A stretch of DNA of 64,000 nt from an uncultured Bacilli bacterium (lineage in GTDB: Bacteria; Bacillota_I; Bacilli_A; RF39; UBA660): NCBI GenBank assembly GCA_947632395.1, contig CANRPA010000001.1, positions 23,922 through 87,921 of the forward strand, written 5' to 3'. The position numbers and the translations under genes were made by a program. The notes beneath the pieces are model-generated. The model made no database searches and was not told where the DNA came from. It was given only the letters and a program-made list of their open reading frames with translations. Below are positions 20,596 to 29,927 of the stretch, in pieces (within the stretch, counting starts at the first letter, position 1; the number at the start of each line of letters is the position of its first letter).

Positions 20596-21867
20596 ATGAA
20601 ATTTTATATTTATACATTAGGTTGCAAAGTAAATACATATGAATCTAATGTAATAAAAGATAATTTAATAAATAATGGATATATAGAATCTACTGAAGAT
20701 GATGCTGATATATATATTATAAATACTTGTACAGTTACAAATACAAGTGATAATAAGTCTTTAAAAACCATTAGGAAAGTATTAAGAAATCATCCCAACA
20801 GCATTACAGTTGCTGTAGGATGTATGACTCAAGTAAATAGTAAACTTTTGGAAGAATTAAATATATCAATAGTACTTGGAAATAGTGGAAAAAGTAAAAT
20901 AGTACAATATATAGAAAAATATAAAAAAGAAAGAAAACCTATTATTGAAATTACAAATATAATGGATGAATCATTTGAAAATATGTGTTTGAATAATTTT
21001 AATAAAACCAGAGCCTTTGTAAAAATAGAGGATGGTTGTGAAAATTATTGTAGTTATTGCATTATACCTTTTGCTAGAGGAAAAGTAAGAAGTAAGGATC
21101 CTAAAGTAGTAATAGATGAAATAAAAAAATTAGTTAAAGATGATCATAAAGAGATAGTATTAACTGGAATACATACAGGACATTTTGGTTCTGATTTAAA
21201 TAATTATACTTTTGCTAAATTGCTTAAAGAAATAGAGAAAATAGATGGGTTAAAAAGACTTAGAATATCTTCAATAGAGGTGACAGAACTGGATGATGAG
21301 TTTTTGGATACATTGAAATTTAGTAAAATACTTGTAGACCATATGCATATACCAATTCAATCAGGATCTAATGAGATATTGAAACTTATGAATAGAAAAT
21401 ATGATAAAGAATATTTTATAGAAAAAATAAAAAAAATAAGAAATATTAGACCTGAAATTTCTATTACAACAGATATAATTGTAGGATTTCCAGGAGAAAC
21501 AGAAGAACTTTTTGAAGAAACAATTGATACAATAGAAAAAATTAAATTTTCAAAAATACATGTTTTTCCATTTTCACTTAGAAAAGGTACTAAAGCAGAA
21601 GAATTACCTAATCATATTGATGATGTGACAAAAAAATTAAGAGTAAAAAAACTAATGGAAATAAGTAAAAAATTAGAAATAGAATATTTTAATAAGTTTA
21701 TAGGAAAAGAAGTAGAATTTTTACCAGAAATGTACAAACAAGGTTTTATAACAGGACATACAGGTAATTATTTATTAGTAAAATGTAGTGGAACTGTAAA
21801 AGATTTAAATATATTCAAAAAAGTTAGAATAAAAGAAGTAGATTATCCATATGTTATAAGTGAATAA
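20596..21867 (+). CDS. mtaB: tRNA t6A37 methylthiotransferase MtaB (radical SAM MTTase)
   Basis: FYIYTLGCKVN MTTase N-domain, CENYCSYCIIPF radical-SAM motif and a TRAM C-terminus. 423 aa. Confidence 0.8.
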   Translation: MKFYIYTLGCKVNTYESNVIKDNLINNGYIESTEDDADIYIINTCTVTNTSDNKSLKTIRKVLRNHPNSITVAVGCMTQVNSKLLEELNISIVLGNSGKSKIVQYIEKYKKERKPIIEITNIMDESFENMCLNNFNKTRAFVKIEDGCENYCSYCIIPFARGKVRSKDPKVVIDEIKKLVKDDHKEIVLTGIHTGHFGSDLNNYTFAKLLKEIEKIDGLKRLRISSIEVTELDDEFLDTLKFSKILVDHMHIPIQSGSNEILKLMNRKYDKEYFIEKIKKIRNIRPEISITTDIIVGFPGETEELFEETIDTIEKIKFSKIHVFPFSLRKGTKAEELPNHIDDVTKKLRVKKLMEISKKLEIEYFNKFIGKEVEFLPEMYKQGFITGHTGNYLLVKCSGTVKDLNIFKKVRIKEVDYPYVISE

Positions 21868-21916
21868 TACTTCTTTTTTTTGATTATAATAAATTCATAA
21901 AATTTAGTAAATCATA

Positions 21917-21945
21917 TTGACAAAATATAAAAACTCATCTATAAT
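21917..21945 (+). promoter_or_regulatory. consensus sigma-A promoter (TTGACA-N17-TATAAT) driving the T-box leader
   Basis: TTGACA at 21917-22, a 17-nt spacer and TATAAT at 21940-45. Confidence 0.55.
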
Positions 21946-21949
21946 TAGA

Positions 21950-22200
21950 TACGTAAACTTTTTGAAAAGTGTTGATTGAGAGAAGTAATAATGTAAACTA
22001 ATTAAAGCGAGTTAGGTATGGTGTAAGCTAACAATAAAGAGCATTATGAATAACACTCATGAACTATTAGCTTGAATATTGAATAGAGTTAATCGGATGC
22101 AACCCGTTAGAAATTGCACGATTTGATAGAATCGGTAAAGAGGTCAATATGACAAATTGGGTGGCACCGCGGAAAAGTAATTCGTCCCAAAGAAAAGGCG
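21950..22200 (+). promoter_or_regulatory. T-box riboswitch leader, probably Asn-specific
   Basis: Stem-I-like GA/AGAGA and AGUA elements (TGATTGAGAGAAGTAA). The conserved T-box sequence AAATTGGGTGGCACCGCGG lies at 22154-22172. Candidate AAC specifier codons sit at 22052-54 and 22062-64. I could not see the terminator helix clearly by eye. Confidence 0.6.
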
Positions 22201-22216
22201 GCTACTACTATAATTT

Positions 22217-22292
22217 GCTCAATTAGCTCAGTCGGTAGAGCGCACGGCTGTTAACCGTTAGGTCGTAGGTTCGAGTCCTACATTGAGCGCCA
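22217..22292 (+). tRNA. tRNA-Asn (GUU)
   Basis: 76 nt. Acceptor stem GCTCAAT / ATTGAGC plus G and CCA. D-arm AGCTCAGTCGGTAGAGC, anticodon loop CTGTTAA (GUU) and T-arm GGTTCGAGTCC. Confidence 0.9.
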
Positions 22293-22299
22293 TTTTAGT

Positions 22300-22375
22300 G
22301 CCTGATTAGCTCAGTCGGTAGAGCGCACGGCTGTTAACCGTTAGGTCGTAGGTTCGAGTCCTACATCAGGCGCCA
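22300..22375 (+). tRNA. tRNA-Asn (GUU), second copy
   Basis: Identical body to the first copy, with acceptor stem GCCTGAT / ATCAGGC plus G and CCA. Confidence 0.9.
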
Positions 22376-22385
22376 TTTAATTAGT

Positions 22386-22412
22386 AACAAGTCTTAGAAC
22401 TTGTTTTTTTAT
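22386..22412 (+). terminator. hairpin plus U-tract between the tRNA-Asn pair and gatC
   Basis: AACAAGT-CTTAGA-ACTTGTT followed by TTTTTTT. Confidence 0.45.
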
Positions 22413-22431
22413 ATTTAAAAGGAGGATTATT

Positions 22432-22725
22432 ATGGTAACTAAAGAAAAACTAAAAGATTATGCTGCAAAACTCATGTTTGATATGGATGATGCAGGATAC
22501 GATAGGACATTAGCAGAATTTGAAACAGTAGAAAAACACATGGCATTAATAGGTGAAATTGAAAACATAGATAATATAGAACCTATGACATTTCCATATG
22601 TTATATATCATGCTCATTTAAGAGAAGATGAAGCAAAAGAATGTCTTACAAGCGAAGAAGTTTTGGCAAATGCTAAAGAAACTAAAGCAAATCAAGTAAA
22701 AGTACCAAAGGTGGTGGGAGAATGA
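22432..22725 (+). CDS. gatC: Asp-tRNA(Asn)/Glu-tRNA(Gln) amidotransferase subunit C
   Basis: 97 aa at the head of the gatCAB operon, coupled to gatA. Confidence 0.85.
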   Translation: MVTKEKLKDYAAKLMFDMDDAGYDRTLAEFETVEKHMALIGEIENIDNIEPMTFPYVIYHAHLREDEAKECLTSEEVLANAKETKANQVKVPKVVGE

Positions 22726-24167
22726 AAACAATAATGGATTTAAGAACTGATTTAGATAATAAATTAGTAACAAGTGAAGAATTATTCAAAAAATCTAATG
22801 AACTTGCACATAAATATCAGGATGAATTTAATCCGTTTGTAACTATAATAGATGAGTATAAAAAAGAAGAAAGTGATTCATTACTTAATGGAATACCTTA
22901 TGCATTGAAGGATAATTTTTCAACTAAAGGAATTCTTTCAACTGCTTCTTCTAATATACTTAAAGATTACGTTCCAGTATATGATGCTACTGCATATAAA
23001 AAATTAAAAGCTGCTGGAGCAGTACTTGTTGGGAAAACCGTACTAGATGAACTTGCTATGGGTGGAACAGGAACTACAGGACACACTGGTATTGTTAGAA
23101 ATCCATGGAATAAAAATCACCAAATAGGTGGCTCTTCTGCAGGAAGCGCTGCAGCAGTCGCACTTGGTATAGTACCATTCGCACTTGGTTCAGATACAGG
23201 AGATTCAATTCGTAAACCAGCTGCATTTGGTGGAGTAGTAGGATTTAAACCAACATATGGTAGAATTTCTAGATATGGTCTTTTTGCTTTCGCATCAAGT
23301 TTAGATCATGTAGGTTGTTTTACTAGATGTGTAAGAGATGCTGCAATTGTTACAGATATATTAAAAGGACAAGATGAACGCGATATGACATCTCTTCCTG
23401 ATGAAACAATAAAATATACAGATATGATAGATAATGATATAAAGGGGAAAAAATTATTTTATATCAAAGAACTAACTGATTTAGATATGTATAAAAATTC
23501 AGGTGAAGAAACACTTGAAATATTAAAGAAATTTAAAGATACAATAGAAAAATGTAAAAGTATAGGTTTTGAAGTAGAAGAAGTATCTTTTGATGAAAAA
23601 TTACTTAAGGCAATATATCCTGCATATATGACAATAAGTTGTGCAGAAGCTACAAGTAATAATTCTAACCTTACTGGAATACCATTTGGTCCAAGAGGTG
23701 AAGGAGATAATATAAATGATATTATGTTTGATGCTAGAACAAAGGGATTTAGTGAATTAATCAAAAGAAGATTTATATTAGGAAGTTATATTTTACAAAG
23801 AGAAAATCAAGAAAGATTATTTAAAAATGCAGGAAGACTTAGAAGAATTATAGTAGATAAAATGAATGAATTATATAAAAAATATGATGCTATGATACTT
23901 CCAGCAAGTGGAGGAATCGCTCCTACGTTTGACTCTGAAATAGATAGAATGTCTCCAAGATATTTAATGTTAGAAAATCATATGGCAATAGGAAATTTTG
24001 GTGGATTTCCAAGCATAACAATACCTAATGGATTTGTTAAAAATATGCCAATTGGAATAAATATAACAGGTAGATGCTTTGAAGATGGACTTACATTAAA
24101 TATAGCAAATAAAATAGAAGAAGCTTTAGGCTTTGGCAAAATAATAAAGGAGGAATATGATGTATAA
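22722..24167 (+). CDS. gatA: amidotransferase subunit A (amidase family)
   Basis: Amidase signature GGSSAGSAAAVA and the Ser-cisSer-Lys region. Confidence 0.9.
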   Translation: MKTIMDLRTDLDNKLVTSEELFKKSNELAHKYQDEFNPFVTIIDEYKKEESDSLLNGIPYALKDNFSTKGILSTASSNILKDYVPVYDATAYKKLKAAGAVLVGKTVLDELAMGGTGTTGHTGIVRNPWNKNHQIGGSSAGSAAAVALGIVPFALGSDTGDSIRKPAAFGGVVGFKPTYGRISRYGLFAFASSLDHVGCFTRCVRDAAIVTDILKGQDERDMTSLPDETIKYTDMIDNDIKGKKLFYIKELTDLDMYKNSGEETLEILKKFKDTIEKCKSIGFEVEEVSFDEKLLKAIYPAYMTISCAEATSNNSNLTGIPFGPRGEGDNINDIMFDARTKGFSELIKRRFILGSYILQRENQERLFKNAGRLRRIIVDKMNELYKKYDAMILPASGGIAPTFDSEIDRMSPRYLMLENHMAIGNFGGFPSITIPNGFVKNMPIGINITGRCFEDGLTLNIANKIEEALGFGKIIKEEYDV

Positions 24168-25581
24168 GGTAGTTATTGGACTTGAAGTTCACTGCGAGGT
24201 AAAAACAAATTCAAAAAACTTTTCTAATTCTAGAAATACATACTCAGAATACCCAAATGAAAACATAGATACAGTAGACATTGGGCTTCCTGGAATTCTT
24301 CCTGTAGCCAATAAAGAGGCATTTAGAAAATCATTAATGATGTCTCTTGCCCTTAATTGTAAAACTCCTGATATAGTAATGTTTGATAGAAAAAATTATT
24401 ATTATCCAGATCTTCCTAAAGGTTATCAGATAACACAAGAAACAAAACCAGTAGGTAGAGATGGTTATGTTATGATTAATGTAAATGGTGAAGATAAAAA
24501 AATATTAATAAATAATATTCACTTGGAAGAAGATACAGCTAGTCTAGATCATTTTGGTAATTATTCATTAATAGATTATAATAGGTCAGGTATACCATTA
24601 CTTGAAACAGTAACAGAACCTTGTATGAATTCAGCAGATGAGGCTATAACTTTCTTAGAGGCTCTTAAAGGAATTTTTCTATATACAGGAGTATCAGAGG
24701 CAAGAACTGATAGAGGACAAATGAGATGCGATGTTAATATATCATTAATGGAAGAAGATGCAACTGAATTTGGTACTAAAGTAGAAATGAAAAATATAAA
24801 TAGTTTTAATAATGTAAGACTTGCTATAGAATATGAAATTAAAAGACAAACTGAGATATTAAAAAGTGGTGGTAAAGTACTTCAAGAAACTAGACGTTTT
24901 GATTCAGAAGACCTAAAAACATATCCAATGCGTTCTAAAGTAGATGCTATAGATTATAAATACTATATAGAACCTAATATACCTCCTATTAAAATTAGTG
25001 ATGATTTAATTGAAGAAATAAAAAAAGAGATACCTATGCTTCAATATGAGAGAGTAGAAAAGTATATGGGTGAATATGGACTATCTAGATATGATTCTGA
25101 AATAATTGTTAAAGATAAAAAAGTTTCAGATTATTTCGAAGAGACAATTAAATTGGGTGCAGATCCAAAATCAAGTGCTAATTGGCTTACAAGTATAATT
25201 TTAGGACATTTAAATAAATATGAAATAACTATAGATGATTTATATTTAACACCTAAAATGCTTTATGAATTAATAAGTATGGTAGATACTGGTAAAATTT
25301 CTTCTAAGCAAAGTAAACAAGTTTTCTTTAAATGTATAGAGGAAAATAAAGAACCTAGTGTTATAGTTAAAGAAATGGGTATGACTCAAATAACAGATGA
25401 CAAAACAATTCGTGATATTGCTATAAGAGTTTTAGATGAACATCCAGAATTAATAGAAGATCATAGAAAAGGTAAAAATACATTTGACTATTTTGTAGGA
25501 CAAGTAATGAAGGAAACAAGAGGTCAAGCAAATCCTAAAGTAACTAGAGATATAATCTTAGAAGAAATGGAGAAAAGATAA
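24157..25581 (+). CDS. gatB: amidotransferase subunit B
   Basis: GatB N-terminus MMYKVVIGLEVHCEV and a C-terminal GatB/YqeY domain. Confidence 0.9.
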   Translation: MMYKVVIGLEVHCEVKTNSKNFSNSRNTYSEYPNENIDTVDIGLPGILPVANKEAFRKSLMMSLALNCKTPDIVMFDRKNYYYPDLPKGYQITQETKPVGRDGYVMINVNGEDKKILINNIHLEEDTASLDHFGNYSLIDYNRSGIPLLETVTEPCMNSADEAITFLEALKGIFLYTGVSEARTDRGQMRCDVNISLMEEDATEFGTKVEMKNINSFNNVRLAIEYEIKRQTEILKSGGKVLQETRRFDSEDLKTYPMRSKVDAIDYKYYIEPNIPPIKISDDLIEEIKKEIPMLQYERVEKYMGEYGLSRYDSEIIVKDKKVSDYFEETIKLGADPKSSANWLTSIILGHLNKYEITIDDLYLTPKMLYELISMVDTGKISSKQSKQVFFKCIEENKEPSVIVKEMGMTQITDDKTIRDIAIRVLDEHPELIEDHRKGKNTFDYFVGQVMKETRGQANPKVTRDIILEEMEKR

Positions 25582-25582
25582 T

Positions 25583-27325
25583 ATGGAAAATAAATATCGT
25601 AGTGTATATTGTGGTAACGTAGATGAATCATATATAGGTAAAGAAGTTAAAGTAGCAGGTTGGATTGCCAATATACGTGATCATGGTGGTGTAATATTTT
25701 TAGATATAAGAGATGAAAAAGGTGTAGTTCAGATAGTAAGTAATGATAATAATATGTTTACAGGTCTTACTAAAGAATCAAGTGTAACAGTTAAAGGTAT
25801 AGTAAGAAAAAGAGATGAAGATGATTATAATGACCATATAAGTACAGGTACTATTGAAATACTTGTAGAAAGTATTGTCGTACTTGGAAAAGCACCTAAT
25901 GAATTACCTTTTGAAGTAATTACCTCAACTAATGTATCTGAAGATATAAGACTTAAATATCGTTATCTAGATCTTAGAAATGATAAAGTTAGAAATAATA
26001 TTAATTTAAGAGCTAAAGTACTTAAATTTTTAAGAAACAAGATGGATTCTATGGGATTTACTGAAGTACAAACTCCAATTATAACAGCATCATCTCCTGA
26101 AGGAGCAAGAGACTTCATAATTCCATCAAGAAAATTTCATGGTAAATTTTATGCTTTACCCCAAGCACCTCAAGTATTTAAAGAAATACTTATGGTAAGT
26201 GGTTTTGATAAATATTATCAAATCGCACCTTGCTTTAGAGATGAAGATTGTAGAAGTGATAGAACATTAGAATTTTATCAGTTGGATTTTGAGATGGCTT
26301 TTGTAGAAGAAGAAGATGTATATAAAGTAGGAGAAGAAATTTTTTACGATACATTTAAAAATTTTTCAAATAAGGAAGTATCACCTAAACCATTTAGAAG
26401 AATTCCATTTAAAGAAGCAATGTTAAAATATGGAACTGATAAACCAGATTTAAGAAATCCACTAGAAATAATAGATATAAGTGAAGTATTTGTAGATAGT
26501 GATTTTAAACCATTTAGAGGAGTATGTGTTAGAGGAATTAAAGTTGATAACATAGGCGATAAATCAAATAGTTGGTTTAATGAAGTAGTAGATTATGCTA
26601 GTAGTATAGGAATGCCTGGAATAGGGTATATAACACTTATGGAAGATGGAAGTTTTAAAGGACCTATCGATAAATTCTTAACTGATGAAGATAGAAAATT
26701 ACTAATAGAAAAAGCTAATTTAAAAACTAATAGTGTATTATTTTTTATAGCAGACAAAAAGGAAAAAGTTGCTGCTAAAAATGCGGGAATGATTAGAACT
26801 GAACTTGGTAGAAAATTAGATTTAATAGATCCAAATAAATTTGAATTCTGTATAATTAATGATTTCCCTATGTTTGAATATAATGATGAAGAAGATAAAT
26901 ATGAATTCTGCCATAATCCATTTAGTATGCCACAGGGAGGAATTAAGGCATATGATAATAATAATATAGATGATATTATTGCTTATCAATATGACTTTGT
27001 TTGTAATGGAAATGAGATGGCATCAGGTGCGGTTAGAAATCACGATATAGAATCATTAAAAAAAGGATTTAGTGTAGTTGGATATGATGAAAACGTACTT
27101 GAAACTAGATTCTCATCACTATATAATGCTTTCAAATATGGTGTACCACCTCATGCAGGAATGGCTCCAGGTATTGATAGAATTATAATGCTTTTACAAG
27201 ATGAACCAAATTTAAGAGAAGTTCAAGCATTCCCAATGAGTGTATCAGGATATGATGCTATGATGAATTGTCCTAGTGAAATATCAGAACAACAATTAAG
27301 GGAAGTACATATTAAAGTAAGATAA
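25583..27325 (+). CDS. aspS: aspartate--tRNA ligase, probably non-discriminating
   Basis: 580 aa. Class II aaRS motifs (FRDE, GLDR), an N-terminal OB anticodon-binding domain and the bacterial insertion domain. Confidence 0.9.
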   Translation: MENKYRSVYCGNVDESYIGKEVKVAGWIANIRDHGGVIFLDIRDEKGVVQIVSNDNNMFTGLTKESSVTVKGIVRKRDEDDYNDHISTGTIEILVESIVVLGKAPNELPFEVITSTNVSEDIRLKYRYLDLRNDKVRNNINLRAKVLKFLRNKMDSMGFTEVQTPIITASSPEGARDFIIPSRKFHGKFYALPQAPQVFKEILMVSGFDKYYQIAPCFRDEDCRSDRTLEFYQLDFEMAFVEEEDVYKVGEEIFYDTFKNFSNKEVSPKPFRRIPFKEAMLKYGTDKPDLRNPLEIIDISEVFVDSDFKPFRGVCVRGIKVDNIGDKSNSWFNEVVDYASSIGMPGIGYITLMEDGSFKGPIDKFLTDEDRKLLIEKANLKTNSVLFFIADKKEKVAAKNAGMIRTELGRKLDLIDPNKFEFCIINDFPMFEYNDEEDKYEFCHNPFSMPQGGIKAYDNNNIDDIIAYQYDFVCNGNEMASGAVRNHDIESLKKGFSVVGYDENVLETRFSSLYNAFKYGVPPHAGMAPGIDRIIMLLQDEPNLREVQAFPMSVSGYDAMMNCPSEISEQQLREVHIKVR

Positions 27326-27330
27326 AAAAT

Positions 27331-27350
27331 TTGATAATTAATTTTATCAA
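27331..27350. terminator. bidirectional terminator between the convergent aspS and 27422-28132 ORF
   Basis: TTGATAA-TTAATT-TTATCAA palindrome flanked by an A-run and a T-run. Confidence 0.55.
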
Positions 27351-27421
27351 TTTTTTTATGGAAATTTTAACTATATATTTTTTATTTAAATTAATAAGAG
27401 TATTTTAAAAAAGAAAAAGAC

Positions 27422-28132
27422 TTATTGTGCTTTATAAGTCTTTTGAAGTACTTTGGGTTTATCTATTAAATTTATAAATTCACCTAAATCTGTATTTCCA
27501 TAGTATGGAGTATATCTTTTTATTTGATTATTATTTATATTAATAATTTCTTTTTTTTCTATATCATATTTTAATATATTTAAACTATATAATTTTTTTA
27601 GTTTCTTTTCTCTTTGTTTTAATTTTTTATTTTTTAAGTATTTTTTTATATCATTATTGTTTGCTTTTCTTTCATCAGTTAGATAAACTTTACATTCATG
27701 AAAACAATCTCTATGTTTTAAATGAGTAGAAATACTACCATATTTATCATCTAGTTTAACTTCATATTTTAAATCAGTATCATTTAATGAAAGTAATGGA
27801 AAAATAAATCCAGTATTTATTTCTTTACCAAAGATTTGATCACCATCTATTATTATTTTTTTATATATTATATCCATTTCGGTTAAAATTGCTTTAAAAA
27901 ATTTGTATGTAATTCTATCTATTATCATCTTACTATCATCATCATCAATTGCAAATTTTTTATTATTTTTGAATGATTTGAAATAATTGTAAAGTACACG
28001 ACTTTCCGCACCACTTAAAGTGTAATTTGGTTTTACAACTGTTATAATATCATATTCATCTATATTAAATTTAATTTTTTTAAAATTAATATTTTTTTTA
28101 AATATAATTTTTCCTTTATAATATTCATTCAT
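27422..28132 (-). CDS. hypothetical protein, translationally coupled to pyrG
   Basis: 236-aa lysine-rich ORF. Its start overlaps the pyrG stop. No recognisable domain. Confidence 0.4.
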   Translation of the reverse strand: MNEYYKGKIIFKKNINFKKIKFNIDEYDIITVVKPNYTLSGAESRVLYNYFKSFKNNKKFAIDDDDSKMIIDRITYKFFKAILTEMDIIYKKIIIDGDQIFGKEINTGFIFPLLSLNDTDLKYEVKLDDKYGSISTHLKHRDCFHECKVYLTDERKANNNDIKKYLKNKKLKQREKKLKKLYSLNILKYDIEKKEIININNNQIKRYTPYYGNTDLGEFINLIDKPKVLQKTYKAQ

Positions 28133-29745
28133 TATTTACCACAACTAGCTTTAATAAATGAGTCAAATAAAGGTGCTGGACGTGTAGGTCTAGATTTAAA
28201 TTCTGGATGAAATTGGCAAGCAATAAAATGTTTTAAATTAGGTATTTCAATTATTTCAACTAAGTTAGCTTTTTCATTTATACCAGAAAATACCATTCCT
28301 TTTTTTTCTAATAATTCTTTATATTTATTATTAAATTCATATCTATGGCGATGTCTTTCAAGAATTTTTTCTTGTTTATAATCTTTATAAGCTAAAGTAT
28401 CTTTTTTTATTGTACATTCATAATTTCCAAGTCTAAGAGTACCACCCATATTTACTATAGATTTTTGATCTGACATTAAGTCTATTATTGGATTTTCGCA
28501 TGTTTGGTTAAATTCAGTGCTTGATGCATCTTTAATACCACATACATTTCTAGCAAACTCAATAACTGCTAACTGCATACCCAAACAAATTCCTAAAAAT
28601 GGAATATCATTTTCTCTAGCATATTTAATTGCTTTAATTTTTCCTTCAATACCACGAGATCCAAATCCACCTGGTACAATAATTCCTTTTGAATTTTTAA
28701 ATACTTCTTTTAAATTATTAGTACTTTCTAAACTTTCTGAATCAACCCAATTAATATTTATTTTAATATTATACTTATATCCAGCATGTTTTAAAGATTC
28801 AACAACTGATATGTAAGCATCGTGTAATTCTACATATTTACCAACTAATGATATTTCAATTTCTTCTTTTAAATTATTTACAGTATTAATTAAATCTTTC
28901 CAATAATCAAGATTAGCTTTTTTTATTGGTAAATCAAATTGTTTTAAAATTATTTCATCTATTTTTTGTTTATAATAATTAATTGGAATTTCGTAAATAT
29001 TTTTTACATCTATTGAGTCAATTACATTACTAACAGGTACAGAGCAGAATAGTGATAATTTATTTTTTATAGCCTCTCCCGTGTCATATGGTGCACGACA
29101 TACTAAAGCATCTGGTTTGATTCCCATATTTCTCAAATCCCTAACACTGTTTTGAGTTGGTTTAGTTTTAAGTTCATTAGAGCCATATATATAAGGAACT
29201 AGCGTACAATGAACAAAGAAAGTATTATTTGAACCTTTTTCATATTGAATTTGTCTAAGTGCTTCTATAAAACTTTGTGATTCAATATCACCAACAGTTC
29301 CTCCAATTTCAGTAATTACTATATCAGCGCCACTAGTAACTCCTGCCTCATATACTTTGTTTTTTATTTCATTAGTAACGTGAGGTACCATTTGAACAGT
29401 CGCACCCAAATAGTCTCCATGACGCTCTTTATCAATAACTGCTTTATAGATTTTACCACTTGTAATATTAGATGTAAAATTTAATTCTTCATCTATAAAT
29501 CTTTCATAGTGTCCTAAATCCAAATCAGTCTCATGACCATCATAGGTAACAAATACCTCGCCGTGTTGAATAGGATTCATAGTTCCTGGATCAACATTAA
29601 TATATGGATCAAACTTTTGCATAAAAACTTTATATCCACGTGATTTAAGTAAAAGAGCAATACTAGAAGCAGTAATACCTTTACCAAGACCAGATACAAC
29701 TCCTCCTGTAACGAATACATATTTTGTCATAAACTTCCTCCTCAC
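28132..29745 (-). CDS. pyrG: CTP synthase
   Basis: 537 aa. N-terminus MTKYVFVTGGVVSGLGKG and a class-I glutamine amidotransferase domain GICLGMQ. Confidence 0.95.
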   Translation of the reverse strand: MRRKFMTKYVFVTGGVVSGLGKGITASSIALLLKSRGYKVFMQKFDPYINVDPGTMNPIQHGEVFVTYDGHETDLDLGHYERFIDEELNFTSNITSGKIYKAVIDKERHGDYLGATVQMVPHVTNEIKNKVYEAGVTSGADIVITEIGGTVGDIESQSFIEALRQIQYEKGSNNTFFVHCTLVPYIYGSNELKTKPTQNSVRDLRNMGIKPDALVCRAPYDTGEAIKNKLSLFCSVPVSNVIDSIDVKNIYEIPINYYKQKIDEIILKQFDLPIKKANLDYWKDLINTVNNLKEEIEISLVGKYVELHDAYISVVESLKHAGYKYNIKININWVDSESLESTNNLKEVFKNSKGIIVPGGFGSRGIEGKIKAIKYARENDIPFLGICLGMQLAVIEFARNVCGIKDASSTEFNQTCENPIIDLMSDQKSIVNMGGTLRLGNYECTIKKDTLAYKDYKQEKILERHRHRYEFNNKYKELLEKKGMVFSGINEKANLVEIIEIPNLKHFIACQFHPEFKSRPTRPAPLFDSFIKASCGK

Positions 29746-29874
29746 AAAAAATACTAGATATGCTCTCTAGCTCACTTTTATTATAGCATTTTAAAAATAT
29801 TAAAAAAAAGACTTTTTTTAAATTTAGTTAAGTGTTATAATTAAAATAGTCACCCCTAAAAGTGATAAAAATCG

Positions 29875-29903
29875 ACATTAGTTGTTCTAATGTTTTTTTT
29901 ATT
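29875..29903 (+). terminator. attenuator-like hairpin plus U-tract in the 5' leader of the symporter gene
   Basis: ACATTAG-TTGTT-CTAATGT followed by TTTTTTTT, located between a TGTTATAAT -10 element and the RBS of the 29928 ORF. Confidence 0.4.
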
Positions 29904-29927
29904 ACATAAATCTAAATAGGAGGTGTT

